NCBI GenBank assembly: GCA_951406725.2
Contig: OX597837.1
Coordinates: 35,092,001 to 35,156,000, forward strand
Direction of reading: 5' to 3'
Source: Octopus vulgaris
Taxonomy: Eukaryota
Length of the DNA stretch: 64,000 bases
In this document: positions 42,930 through 57,030 of the stretch, one piece after another
How positions within the stretch are numbered: position 1 is the stretch's first letter
Layout of the letters: each line of letters starts with the position of its first letter
Notes under the pieces: generated by a model
What the model saw: only the letters and a program-made list of their open reading frames with translations
Databases searched by the model: none
Told to the model about the DNA's origin: nothing
Position numbers and translations under genes: made by a program

Positions 42930-43243
42930 GATAAATATGACACAAATTCTTGTTTACAGGGAAGGTAAAACATTCACTTGGTGGCCCTTGGGACTACATC
43001 CAAATGAGAAGTGATAATCTCAAAAATCATGAATTTCCCAAATTGGACATATCATTAAAGGGAAAAAATGCAGTCTGATTGGTTGGAGACAAGAGGACAG
43101 CATGGACATGTGTTTCTGCCACAACAGACATCATCAGCACAGCTGTTGTTCTACCTGGTCTCCAGTAAAACAAAATACTTAGACATATATAACAAAAACG
43201 AGTAGTATGCATTTATGGTCCAGGTTAGTTAGCATACACTTAC

Positions 43244-43270
43244 CTTATCACTCAACTTCTCTTCATTAAT
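43244..43270 (-). CDS. Candidate 27-nt symmetric microexon (phase 0-0): INEEKLSDK
   Basis: Acceptor ttccttacctgtatttgcag, consensus donor AAG|gtaagt. In frame between two phase-0 junctions; charged composition matches the rest of the protein. Confidence 0.65.
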
Positions 43271-43726
43271 CTGCAAATACAGGTAAGGAAAGGAATGAAT
43301 GTGACAGAATGACACATTTCTTCATATCTCTCACTTCTACACACAGAAGCCATTCAGAAAACATTTCACAAAACAACCAGCACAACACACAAAAGTTATA
43401 CAACATTCTTATACAAACACGGTACATAACATGGGCTGGAGCAACGTGAAATAAAGTGTTTTGCTCAAGAGGACAATGCTCCACTGGGGATTGAACTCAC
43501 AACCATATGATCATGAGCTAAATACCCTAACCACTAAGTCAGGCACCCTCACTATACACAGACAACACTCACACATAAGGCACACATACACACACACAAA
43601 CTGCACAAAATCATACTCAATAAACACATAGTCATAATCACCAGTGTATATGGCTTGGTAGCATGTACCATACTTTCACAAATTGTTTTAGGTGCTTGTG
43701 TAGTCATGAGCAGACACAAATACCCT

Positions 43727-44135
43727 TGGCGGACGTAAAGAATGTTTTTTTTTTTTACAGAAACCCCCATTTTCGAGTACAGAGACTCTGATTCTACAAA
43801 AAAAAAACCCAAAAAAAACAGCATTTTAAAATTTTAATTCTTCCACCACCCGCCCAAATTCTTCAATTTCCACTTTATTCAGAATTTTTTTTTTTTTTTT
43901 TTTGCAATACACATACAAAAATATGGAGATTATGATTCTGAAAAAAAAAATTCATAAAATTTCAATTTAAAAGAAAAAAAAAAAAAACTTTTATAGGTGG
44001 GGGAAATGAAAATTTTTGAATGCCATTTTTTTTTTTCGCAGAATCAGAATCTCCATACTTGAAAATGGGGATTCTGTAAAAGAAACAAAAAATAAAAAAT
44101 AAAGGGGGTGCATTCCACATTCTTTACATCTGCTG
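43727..44135. mobile_element. MITE with ~19-bp TIRs, long subterminal inverted repeats and 7-bp TSD ataccct
   Basis: tggcggacgtaaagaatgt / acattctttacatctgctg; ataccct on both sides. Confidence 0.7.
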
Positions 44136-44513
44136 ATACCCTCTTGGTATTCCTCACTCTTTAACTCAAAGGTACACCAAGGATGTGACAGCTGGAAGGA
44201 GGGGAGGCGGCACCAGCAAGGGGTTGGTGCTTGTTTACAGCTGAATGGACTGGAGCAACGTGAAATGAAGTGCCTTGCTCAAGAACACAATGTGCCACCT
44301 GGTCTGTGGATTGAACCCATGACCTTATGATTGTGAGCCCCCAAAATACCTACATGGACACAGAAGATAATTACATGCGACATAGCTACGCAGACTGCAC
44401 ATGGTACAATACACAACACACTCAACCATGACAATAACAACAACAACACCAACAACAACACCAACAACAATAATAACAACAGCAATAACAACAACAACAA
44501 CCAACGAACCCAC

Positions 44514-44632
44514 CTGTTCAGCGGCCATATTGTCTACTGGTACCTCCATCTTGGTGTCAGCACTCTCAGACACGACATTGGCATGTCGGGTTTCTGGGTT
44601 CTTGTCTTTTGCCTTGAAAACGCCTCCTTGAT
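44514..44632 (-). CDS. Internal coding exon (119 nt, phase 1-0): (D)QGGVFKAKDKNPETRHANVVSESADTKMEVPVDNMAAEQ
   Basis: Acceptor tttcttccaattcag, donor CAG|gtgggt. Lies within ORF 44325..44918; phase matches the upstream exon. Confidence 0.8.
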
Positions 44633-45786
44633 CTGAATTGGAAGAAACGGTTGAGATGCATGAAGACCATGAGAGAGGAAGGAGGGGGGGAGGGAGAGGA
44701 GGAGGAGGAGGAGGAGAGGGAGAGGAGGAAGAGAAGGGAGGGAAATTATAATTGATGCCGGTGCCTATTATGTGCCACCGACATGAGTGCCAGTAATGTG
44801 TCACGGCAAAATATTTAGCGGTATTTCGTCTGTCTCCACGTTGTGAGTTCAAATTCCGCCAAGGTCGACTTTGCCTTTCATCCTTTCGGGGTCGATAAAT
44901 TAAGTACCAGTTATGCACTGGGGTCGATGTAATCGACTTAATACCTATGTCTGCCCTTGTTTGTCCCCTCTGTGTTTGGCCCCTTGTGGGTAATAAAGAA
45001 ATAGGTATGTGTCACTGGCATTGGCCACATTGCCTCAGTGAAGCCCAATACCTCTCAAGTGTTGGGGCTCACGGGGGCAATGACAAATGACCGAGACCTT
45101 TGGCAATATGCTGTGCTTGAGGAGAAGACCCATCAAGCCAAGTGAAACTGTAGTCGTGGCAGATACCGGTGTCACACAACTGGCACCTGTGCCAGTGGCA
45201 TGTAAAAGCACCCATTATACTCTCGGAGTGGTTGGTGTTAGGAAGGGCATCCAGCCGTAGAAAACCCTGCCAAATCAAACTACATCTTGGTGCAGCTCCT
45301 CAGCTTGCCAGCCCTGGTCAAACTGTTCAACCCATGCCAGCATGGACAATGGACATTAAATGATGATAATAATGATGCGACGATGAACTTTTTGTCTACA
45401 TAACAAAAAAGGCAGATCTGACGAAATCATAAAGATGCTAGACCAGGGTCCATATAAGATTTTTAGGGGTCTATACAACAGCTGGGTTTCTTTCTCTAAT
45501 GTTTTCCAAAGTTCGATCTACTTAAGTTAATGTGTGAAGAATAAAATAACATTGAATGGCTTTGGGGTCCACCAGAAAAAAAATATCCAAAGGGGACCGT
45601 AGATAAAAAATGGGTGAGAACCCTTGTATACCCTTCTTTAATATATACACTTGTCTGTCACTCCCTCTCTCTCACAAATTCCTTCTCTCTCTCTCTCTCT
45701 CTCTCTTAGACACACAAACACAAATTCACTCTTTCACTTACATATTCTCACTGACTCTCTCTTACATGCACATACACACTCTAACC

Positions 45787-46258
45787 CAGTGGTTCCCAAA
45801 CATTTTCGGGCTGCCACCCCCTTGACACCCAGTCTACATTCCTAGTGACCCCACCCCAACTAACCATCACAAATGTATTTGCCGAGTAAAACGTAACATA
45901 ATGAACCCATTATTTTGTTGTTTGTACATGAATCACCACCCCATTATCACCCCACAGTTCTTCAATGCCACCTTGGAACTTTCCACCACCTCCAGGGGGA
46001 CAATACCTATTTCTTTACTACCTATAAGGGGCTAAACACAGAGAGGACAAACAAGGACAGACAAATGGATTAAGTCGATTATATCGACCCCAGTCCGTAA
46101 CTGGTACTTATTTAATCGACCCCGAAAGGATGAAAGGCAAAGTCGACCTCGGCGGAATTTGAACTGAGAACCTAACGGCAGACGAAATACTGCTAAGTAT
46201 TTCATCCGGCGTGCTGACGATTCTGCCAGGACAGTACCGCCCTCTTTGGAAACCACTA
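45787..46258. mobile_element. hAT MITE interrupted by a Meta-core SINE
   Basis: TIRs cagtggttcccaaa / tttggaaaccacta; TSD ctctaacc / ctttaacc. Confidence 0.75.
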
Positions 46259-46378
46259 CTTTAACCTAAACACACACTAACGCACACTTAGTTTCTCACT
46301 CTTAAACACACACATGCATGCATACACACACACACACACACATGCACAACCTTACTTTAACTCAGTGGCACAGTTTAC

Positions 46379-46497
46379 CTCGGTCATAGTCTGGTTGCTT
46401 GGCCGGAGCCTTTTCCGGACTTTTCTTCCGTCTTGCCTGTCGGACATGGAACACCCCGTTCTCGTTCTCTCGCACTGTAGCTCGAGATTTCCTTGAC
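46379..46497 (-). CDS. Internal coding exon (119 nt, phase 2-1): SRKSRATVRENENGVFHVRQARRKKSPEKAPAKQPDYDR
   Basis: Acceptor tgtttttgtttag, donor GAG|gtaaac. GC-richer island in repeat DNA, phase-compatible with both neighbours. The frame differs from ORF-track entry 46352..46540. Confidence 0.8.
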
Positions 46498-46576
46498 CTA
46501 AACAAAAACAACAAACATTATAAACAAACAAAACAAACAAACCAACAATAAGTTAACTTTAAGAATATTTAGACAT

Positions 46577-47815
<1,239 letters not shown>

Positions 47816-47988
47816 AAATCAAAGAATGAATTTTCTAAAACAGACAATCATATGAATATTTGTTTTGTGGGTGGGAGGGAGGGCAGATGTCTTAATTAGT
47901 CAGGAGACTAACTCTTGTATAAATAGTATTCCAAAGATAATGGTTAAGTTAGTTGACATAATTCTATAAGGGCCACAGGGCTGGTTTC

Positions 47989-48158
47989 CTAGCCACTACA
48001 CACATTTTTTTCTCTCCTTGTTTTTTCTGTGTCCCTTTCTGTAGAAGAGCATAGGCTCGAAATGCAAAAGACTTTTTCTATTCCTGAGCATTATACTAAT
48101 ACATCTGTTCATTTTGTACACCACCTGTCTTCGTCTTTTGTTTTTTTTCATAAACTCT

Positions 48159-48162
<4 letters not shown>
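47989..48162 (+). mobile_element. HHR cassette, same family as 6389-6570, in opposite orientation
   Basis: Aligns by eye to the reverse complement of 6390-6560; both end ...aactctccc-(TA)n. Confidence 0.75.
48035..48070 (+). ncRNA. Degenerate minimal hammerhead-like motif (CUGUAGA family)
   Basis: CTTT-CTGTAGA-A-GAGC(ATAG)GCTC-GAA-ATGC-A-AAAG. Stem III is mutated from ACGT to ATGC, so probably inactive. Confidence 0.55.
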
Positions 48163-48198
<36 letters not shown>

Positions 48199-48201
<3 letters not shown>

Positions 48202-48366
48202 TATTAATTTATAAAAATATGGTAAAGTAAAAAAATTCACTTTACCGCACACCATATTTTTATAAATTAATATTTCAAATATACCGTAAATGGTCCTTTT
48301 ACATACCGAATACTGCTTGGTCGAATTGATTAACAATTAATTAATTCTACCCTTTTTTACTGACAG

Positions 48367-48367
<1 letters not shown>
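48199..48367. mobile_element. TA-flanked element with 25-bp inverted repeat (48199-48223 / 48251-48275) and tail
   Basis: aagtattaatttataaaaatatggt ... accatatttttataaattaatattt, between two (TA)n tracts. Confidence 0.5.
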
Positions 48368-48400
<33 letters not shown>

Positions 48401-49366
48401 TATATTCCTCTCTGGGTGGAACACTGGTCTGTTGCACGGTTACTAATTTGTACCAGCTGTGTGGACAGGAGCAACATGAAATGAAGTGTCTTGCTCAAGG
48501 ACACAACACATCACCTGGACCAGGAATTGAAACTACAATCGTACTATCTTGGGTCCAACATCCTAACCACTAAGCCATGTGCCTCCAATCAGAAGATAAT
48601 AGGGGCTGCAATTAGAATTAATCCATCCATTGTCCAGCTTAATTGCTATTATATAGATGTTGGGTATCATTAGGGGAATGTCTCCAGCTGTAAGAATTTG
48701 GGTCATGTTCCCTGTCTGTGGAAAGATGATTTCCTAAAGCATGAGTCAAAGTTTATTGGTCCCTTTTCTACCATCGAGTTGCAGGGCTGTGCCAATATTA
48801 TTTCTCTTAGCAAACCACCCTGCCAAAAGAAGAAAGAAGATTAGAAAGTGATACCCATTAAACCATTAGGTTCTTGAGGTGTGACCAAAGATTGGACAAC
48901 TTTTGGGGGCAAAAAAGTCAGAGGTCCCACCAATCCAAATAATATTACCAGAGATTCGGGCCAGGCCGGGAGTGGAGGATGGAAAGGGAAAATAGAAAAA
49001 AGGATGAGAATGCTTATTGGATGTAGGTCAGTATTTGATCAAGGACACAACGATACTTTGGTGTGATTTAGAGTTGCTAGGAAACGGATTGATTTTGGTA
49101 ACGATTTTAAACTAAAGAAAGTCAATGTCATGGAACACATGTGAAGATTTTTTTAACTTTCTATATAAGTATCTTCAAATGTGTGTGTGTGTGTGTTTAA
49201 TGTATTTTTGTGGGTCTGTTTTCATACGTTTGTGTTTGTTGTGTATGTGTCTGAGAGAAAGAGAGAGTGTGTGTGTGTGTGTGTGTGTCCATATTTTCAT
49301 ACATATGTCTGTATATGTGTCTTCTGTTGCATGTAAATGCTTTTTTCTTACTATCTGTAAATCAAA

Positions 49367-49920
49367 ATCGAAATCGATCAACATCAATGGAAATTGCAGC
49401 TGTGATACCAGTGCCGGTGGTACGTAAGAGAACCATCCGAACATGGCCGTTGCCAGCATCGCCCCGATTGGCCTCGTGCCGGTGGCACGTAAAAAGCACC
49501 ATTCGATCGTGGACATTGCCAGCCTCGCCTGGCCCCCATGCCGGTGGAACGTAAAAAGCACCATCCGATCGTGGCCATTGCCAGCCTCTCTTGGCCCCCG
49601 TGCCGGTGGCACGTAAAAAGCACCATCCAATCGTGGCCGTTGCCAACCTCGTCTAACCCCCGTGCTGGTGGCACGTAAAAAGCACCATCCGACCGTGGCC
49701 ATTTGCCAGCCCCGTCTGGCACCTGTGCTGGTGGCACATAAAAAAGCACCCACTACACTCATGGAGTGGTTGGCGTTAGGAAGGGCATCCAGCCGTAGAA
49801 ACATTGCCAGATAAGACTGGAGCCTGGTGCAGCCTTCTGGCTTCCCAGACCCCAGTTGAACCGTCCAACCCATGCTAGCATGGAAAGTGGTCGCTAAACG
49901 ATGATGATGATGATGATGAT
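49367..49920 (+). mobile_element. Long copy of the (GAT)n-tailed SINE with five ~62-bp internal units; other copies ~40364-40690 -, 41532-41720 -, 41750-41980 +, 42689-42870 -, 45010-45385 +, 56040-56300 -
   Basis: Tandem units and shared tail. Confidence 0.8.
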
Positions 49921-50604
49921 GTATTAAGAAAGAGCAAGAAGTTTCTGAAGACAGACAGTTTCATTCCTTGTATCATAAAGAATGAAATCCTGCAAATTCA
50001 AGAGTCCCAGGTCTCAGAATTGTGCTGGAATATATTTGAAGCAAAAGGACTTGTGTCGAATAATACATCGGTTGATACATTTTATCTCCACAAAGGACTG
50101 CACAGTCTACAATCAATGGACAAACAGAAGGTTTATCCTAATGTAAATATAAAGATGAATGTCTAAGATACAACAAAGTCACAAATCTGGAGGGATGAGT
50201 AAACATTTCATCTGGTTCTACCTGTCTTTATATCTATTTATCTATCAAGTCGAGCTGGCAGAGTTGTTAGCACGCCGGGCGAAATGCTTAGTGGTATTTC
50301 GTCTGCCGCTACGTTCTGAGTTCAAATTCCGCCGAGGTCGACTTTGCCTTTCATCCTTTTGGGGTCGATTAAATAAGTACCAGTTATACACTGGAGTCAA
50401 TGTAATCGACTTAGTCCCTTTGTCTGTCATTGTTTGTCCCCTCTATGTTTAGCCCCTTGTGGGCAATAAAGAATTAAATATATCTATTCATCTATCTATC
50501 TGTCTGTCTTTATATTTAACTATCCGTCTGTCTTTATATCTATCTGTCTAACTTTATATATATACGCCTGTCTTTATATCTATCTATCTATCTGTCTGTC
50601 TTTA

Positions 50605-50637
<33 letters not shown>

Positions 50638-51199
50638 GTGTCTATATGTGTCTGTGTGTCTACCCATTTGTGTGTGTATGTGTGTATATATTTATCTTTT
50701 GTTTCAGTCATTAGACTGTGGCCAAGCTGGGGTACTGCCTTGAAGAAGTTTTTGTTGAATGAGTCAACCCCAGTACCTTTTTTCTTAAAGCCTGCTACTT
50801 ATTTTATCAGTCTCTTTTGCCAAACAGCTATGTTACGGGGGTAAACACATCAACATCAATATACACACATACCCAACATGCCACAGAGTGGAACTGAACC
50901 CTGAACCATGTAGTTTGGAAGCAGACTTACTACACAACCACACCTGTACCTACACATACAAGACACACACACACACCAATTTATATTCCCAGGCACACAC
51001 ACACACGTGTGTGTGTGTGTGTGTGCATGCATATGTGCACAGGCATAGCTGTGTGGTTAAGAAGCTTGCTTCCAAACCCTGTGGTCTTGGTTTCAATTCC
51101 TCTGTGCAGCACCTTCAGCAAGTGTCTTCTGCTATCGCTTTGGGTTGACCAAAGGCAAGTGAGTTGATTTGATAAGGAAACTGAAAAGAGACCATTGTA

Positions 51200-51242
<43 letters not shown>

Positions 51243-52739
51243 ATGTGTTAGTGTGTGTGTTTGTGTGTGTGTGTAGGTTCGTGCATGTATGTGTGTGTTT
51301 GTGTGTGTACCCTTGTCCATGGTTGTCAATGAGCATCCTTTTCATCATCATACAAGAATCATTTTGTTTCTAGTCTTCCACGAAAAACCTGTCTGGCCAT
51401 GGGAAAATATTACATTGTTTGGAAGCAGGTGAGTGTTGGCAACAGGAAGAGCACCTAACTGTAGCAAATCTGCCTCAACAAATTCTGTCTGACCATTCAA
51501 GTTGGGAAAAAGGGACATAAAACAACAATGATATATATTACCAATCTATATACATACACATATACATGTGCATGTGTATATGCGACATATCTGCTGCTGT
51601 ATTCTGATAAATTACAACCCTGATAAAATATAACTATTTAGGAAAACAGTATCAGTGTAAGTTTTTCTGACTGACTTCTCAATTATATTTTGCCAAGGAA
51701 CCAATAAAAAGCATGTGTGTATATGAACCAGTAATATTCTAGGGGACATGTAATAAGAATGAAAAAAACCCCCACTTTACTCGGATATTTCCCTCATCAA
51801 CTACCAATCAGATAACTTCATGGTTTTGACACCTTAAGGCAGGCCCACTATTTCTGACAGTGTTAAACAGTATTAAAGGATAAGCTAACACAGGAACTTA
51901 CAAATTAAAAATGTGTGTGTGTGTACATGTATGTGTGTGTGCATAAAGGTATTGAAAACAATTATGTTCAAGTTGAATCTTTTTTTTATCAAATTTTTTT
52001 TATATTTCCTTATCAGTTTTTTTATGTTTGGTCTAGAACAATAAGCTTTCTAAATACATTATTCTAACTTTTCAAGGCCTTCCCAATAACATTTTCAAAA
52101 TCAATTGGTGCAACATGGCATGTAGTCTGTGCATTCTACAATAAGTCATAAAGGGTTTGGGAACAATTTTATAACTAATAAAATCATAAATGCAAGAACT
52201 TAAATCTCACACTGATTTTATCCTCTTCTCATATATATATATTACACACACACACACACATACACCGATAGCATGATATATGTGATATATAAAGAGACAC
52301 TATGTATACTAGTGTGAACATGCTATCTTAAAGATAGCAGATATAGCATTGGCAATAATTTCAATAAATAGTGATTTCCCATTTTTTGTTAAGATGGCAG
52401 GATTCTGTGGCTTTGAATGAATTTGGCTGATTATTTCCAGCTTGAGTCGACTGATTCTGAAATCCTTCCATGTAGGCTGTGATCTGAGCAAGTGTGGTTA
52501 TTATTTCTACCAGGTTGCACAGCGACATAACTGCCAGGACCATGAGTCCTTTTTCAGATGTCAACCCAACATGACACATTTGCATCAGTGGAATGGCATT
52601 ATTCTTATCCATTATAAGATGGAAGGGTGTTATTTGAGTAAGATTTGGTTCATAATTCTACGAGATTAAAACTGTGAAGTGTTATTTTATCAGTGGTAGA
52701 GAACATGCAGCTGCCTCTCTGTGTAGAGATTTACAACTC

Positions 52740-53040
52740 TTTAACTGTAACAGGGCCAACAGCTGCGTATTTATGAGAAGGAAAGCAGTTCAATATCTGT
52801 GATTGAGGTCAATAGCTCCCTATTTGTACAGAGGCCAACAACTCCCTATCTGTGGCAAAGGTTCATAGTTCCCTATCTATGACAAGGATAACAGCTCCCT
52901 ATCTGTGACAGAGGTCAGCAGTTTCCTATTTGTACAAAAGGCATCAATCAACTCACCGTGACTGAAATCAACAGCTCTCTATCTGTGACAAGGCTTCATA
53001 GTTCCCTATTTATTGTAGGGCTAACAGTTCCCTATCTGTG
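52740..53040 (+). repeat. Minisatellite, ~27-30-bp unit acagctccctatctgtgacaaagg
   Basis: About 9 diverged units. Confidence 0.7.
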
Positions 53041-54497
53041 GTCATCATTCTTCAATTTGTTAAATGCACTTAAAGTGTGTATATAGTACGATGACAGTGG
53101 TTTTCTATGTATTAAGTTGACAGTGGTCTTCTATAAGTTGAGAATGGTCTTGAATGTTCTGAATTGAAGTATGTCTCATTCCCAAGAAAGGCCACTTCTC
53201 TGAACCTGCCAACTACGGCCCCATTGTACTATCTTCTAATATCTGTAAGGCAGCCCTTAACGATGATATCCTTCAACACTTTGACCTTCTCTTCCTTCAT
53301 AAGGATCAACAGTAAAGTAAAAAAGGTAAAGGGTAAAGACCCCTTGGTCATGAATGACCAAGGATTGCACCTAGGAAGTTTCCCTCTGAGGCACAAGTCC
53401 AGGTAAGGTTGTTTGTGGAAGACCAGCAGTCGCCCATGCATACCGGCCTCTCCTCTCCACACCACTGATGTTGTCCAAGGGAAAGGCAAAGGCCATGATA
53501 CAGTTTGGCACCAGTGATGTTGCAACTCATTTCTACAGCTGAGTGAACTGGAGCAATGTGAAATAAAGTGTCTTGCTCAAGAACCTAACACAGCCTGGTC
53601 CAAGAATCAAACTCACTACCTCATGATTGCGAGCCTGACACTCTGACCACTGAGCCATCACCAGTACAGCATCCATAAAGTCTGATCCACAAGTGACCCG
53701 CCCTCTTTCTGTCATCCATTAGTGGGCTCTTGTCTTGGAGAAATTTGCTGATAGCAATTTTGTCACTCTCAGCATTAGCAAAATCTTTGACCATGTCTGG
53801 CAAGAGAATATCTGATAGAAACTGCCCATTTAAGGGTTCTACCTATCTCTCGTGTCTGGAATTGCTAGCTTCCACATGATTGTGAGTTCAGTCCCACTGT
53901 GTGATACCTTGGACAAGTGTTTTCTACTACAGCCATTGGCAAGCCAAAACTTTGTGAATAATTTTGGTAGATAAAAACTGAAAGAAACCCCTTGTGTGTG
54001 TGTGTGAGGAAGGGTTTTCTTGTCTTGATGTCATGTGATAATTGTGAAGACAAGTGTCTGTGTTGCACAAGCAGTGTCATTCATTTATGATATTCAACAA
54101 GAAAATGTCTGGCCATGGGGCAATATTACTTTGCTTGGAAACGGGCGAGGGTTGATGACAGGAAGGGAATCAAGCTGTAGAAAATCTGCCTCAATAAACT
54201 TCATCTGACCCATGAAAGTATGATAAATTGGACATTAAAGCGATGATGATGATGATGACGATGACAGATTTACTACATATGAAAATATGGTAAAAATATC
54301 ACGGGCCTCTTAAACCTCATCAGCCCTCTGATATTTCTCACTAATATATTTAGCGTTCAAGGATGCAATATCTATTGAAGATAGTAACATATAGCTATCT
54401 GTCTATCATACTTAATGCAGATACATTGTGAAAAAAATTATATTTATTCCTTCAGAGATAATATCTCATGTGGATGTGCTGTGCCTAAAAACACTAA

Positions 54498-54900
54498 TAC
54501 AAGGTCTGATCAAAAAGTACCAGGAATGGTGCTATAAAAGTAAAACTACAAAAGATACTAATTTGGCAACTAATCCCCTTCAAAATAGACCCCTTCTGAA
54601 GCCATACACCTTTTATTCAGCATTGTTTTTTACCATTGTCGGAAGCATTCCTTGAACTCCTTTTCTAGGACAGCAAGAAGTTGTCTCATTCCATTCTGTT
54701 GGATTTCTCCAATGTCTTGAAATCTTGTTAGGGGTCTTCTATTGGGAAGACTGAGCCTTGGATTCGGGGTCATAACTATAAGCCCACGATTCATCACTTG
54801 TTTTGACTGTCTTTAAAAGTTTTTGTCTTCCTTGATGCAATCAAGGAGATCCTGCACAGCTGGAACCTGATCGTCTTTTCCAGACGACCACACTCTACAC
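54498..54900 (-). pseudogene. Very decayed mariner-like remnant
   Basis: tacaaggtctgatcaaaaagt terminus and minus-strand SDESWAYSYDPESKAQS-like stretch. Confidence 0.5.
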
Positions 54901-55825
54901 ACTTTACTTCCAAGCTCTGTTACAAACAACAGAATTGAGCACAAACATTATAACTTAGAGTGCATATGCAACAGAGTTCAAGGTCAATCTGTGCCAAGGG
55001 GCTTCACTGTGTATTTAACCCCGTTACCATAGTAATAGTCCCTATACTATTTTTCATCAGACCTCATATATCGGGAGCAGATGAAAATTGTTCAGCAGCT
55101 GTAGTGAAAACATTAGATGTGCATTTCTCCCTTTTTGAGCTTTATCAGTAGTATTTACTTACTATTGACTTCATGCTAAGACAAAATCCATCACTGGTGA
55201 AAGAAAACAGTGACTGATAAAAAAGATCAATGATGTTGCAATGGATTTGAGATAGCATATGGTTAGCAGCTGGCAGATGCTACAGAGAAAATCCAACAAG
55301 ATGGAATTTGCCTTTTCACAATGTATTTTCATTAAGTGTGATACACAGATGGCTTTTTTAATCTAATACAGCTTCTGTTACATGCAACAGATTTTTTAGT
55401 AAAATGTAAATGCTTACAAAAACCATAAGGGTGGAGTGGGGGTCATTTGTGGAAGTGGTGGGGGAGGATCTACTACTAATCTCTTGTTTGATGTTAGAAA
55501 AGATAAGAAATAATTCAATCCCCCACCACCACCACCATCAACCTCACAAGATATGATGGTCATTTAGTGCAGATAATATTCCCAGATGATCTGGAGTATA
55601 ATTCTGTCTTTTCAACTGAAGTGGAGTGATTTAGAATTATTAGGTGGAGACTTGGCTGTGTGTATAAGAAGTTTGCTTCCCAATCATGTTTTGGCTTTAG
55701 TCCCACTGTGTGGCACCTCGGGCAAGTGTCTTCCCCTATAACCCAGAGCCAACCAAAGACTTGTGAATGGATTTGACAAATGGAAACTGAAAGAAGCCCA
55801 CTGTAAGTATGCGTGTATGTATGTA

Positions 55826-56010
55826 TGACCTGGACGACATATCGGTGTCACATCAAGGCTTTAGAAAAATTCCATCAGACTTGCCTAAGGAGGATACTTG
55901 CAAGGATGCAGGTTGCCAAACAAATTGTTTTACAGGGAGTTGCAACGTGGCAAATGTCTGAGACATAAACCTAAGAAACGTTTAAGGGATGCTGTCAAAA
56001 GCAACCTTAT
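55826..56010 (+). mobile_element. RTE (BovB-like) LINE ORF fragment
   Basis: WTTYRCHIKALEKFHQTCLRRIL and RLPNKLFYRELQRGK..KPKKRLRDAVK. Confidence 0.7.
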
Positions 56011-56371
56011 ATATAATGTACTAATCTCAAGGATACTGATTCATCATCATTTAACATCCGTTTTCCATGCTGGCATGGGTTGGATGGTTCGACTGGGGGT
56101 CTAGAAAGCCAGGAGGCTGCACCAGGCTCCAATCTGGTCTGGTAGTGTTTCTACAGCTGGATGCCCTTCCTAACGCCAACCATTCTGATAGTGTAGTGGG
56201 TGCTTTTTACGTGCCACCAGCACAGGGGCCAGAGGGGGCTGGCATTGACTGCGTTTGGATGGTGCTTTTATGTGCCACCAGCATGGGAGCCAGTCAAGAC
56301 TGATGTCATTTGTGGAAACGTACATAGTGATGTATTAAATATTTATGAACTCCTTCCGAGAGTTACTGTTT

Positions 56372-56426
<55 letters not shown>

Positions 56427-56919
56427 TGTATCAACCAAACTACCAGATGTTATACACTGTTGGTTGCAATTCACTTTCTCATAGCTTCCCAAATGATGCC
56501 ATTCCAATGGTCAGATGTAGAGTCAACCATTTACAGCTGAGTGGACGGAAGCAAAATGAAATGAAGTGTTTTGCTCAAGAATGTCAATGCACCACCACTC
56601 TGGGAATTGAAACCAAGATCTCACGATCATGAGTGTCACACCCCAACCCCTAGGCCACGCACCTTTATAAACACCCTGAGACCGAAGGTAAACACAGTGA
56701 TCTTCGAAATAAGCCCCAAGACCCTGGAGGGGAATGTTATTTGTAATTAACCATCATCATATTTGAAACAGATGAAGAGTAAGCACATCGTCCATCTGGT
56801 TTGTCATTTACCACACCAGAGCTAATCTAGAAACTAACCCCTTCTTAAGGGCCCCTTAGGGACATTAGAGACATAAACATTTTAACAACCACTCCTACGA
56901 ATTGCAGACACAATCCTAC

Positions 56920-57030
56920 CTTTTCGAAGAACTGTAATCGGAAGATGTAGAATTTTCTTGAGATATTTCGCTGTCACTGCCTTTGGCTTCGTATTTCTTC
57001 CTGTTTAGTGGAGTCAAGCGTAATGGGAAT
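56920..57030 (-). CDS. Internal coding exon (111 nt, phase 2-2) of an unidentified minus-strand gene: FPLRLTPLNRKKYEAKGSDSEISQENSTSSDYSSSK
   Basis: Acceptor tttcatttgtag, donor AG|gtagga, open frame. The terminal AG joins the first G of exon 46379-46497 to give AGG (R) in frame. Confidence 0.8.

Noticed and set aside
49470-49750. Repeat-spacer-like 62-bp periodicity
   Set aside because: Internal tandem units of a SINE family; the apparent spacers are homologous to each other.
52361-52612. Possible additional exon
   Set aside because: No convincing splice sites or phase fit; the flanking exons already join in frame.
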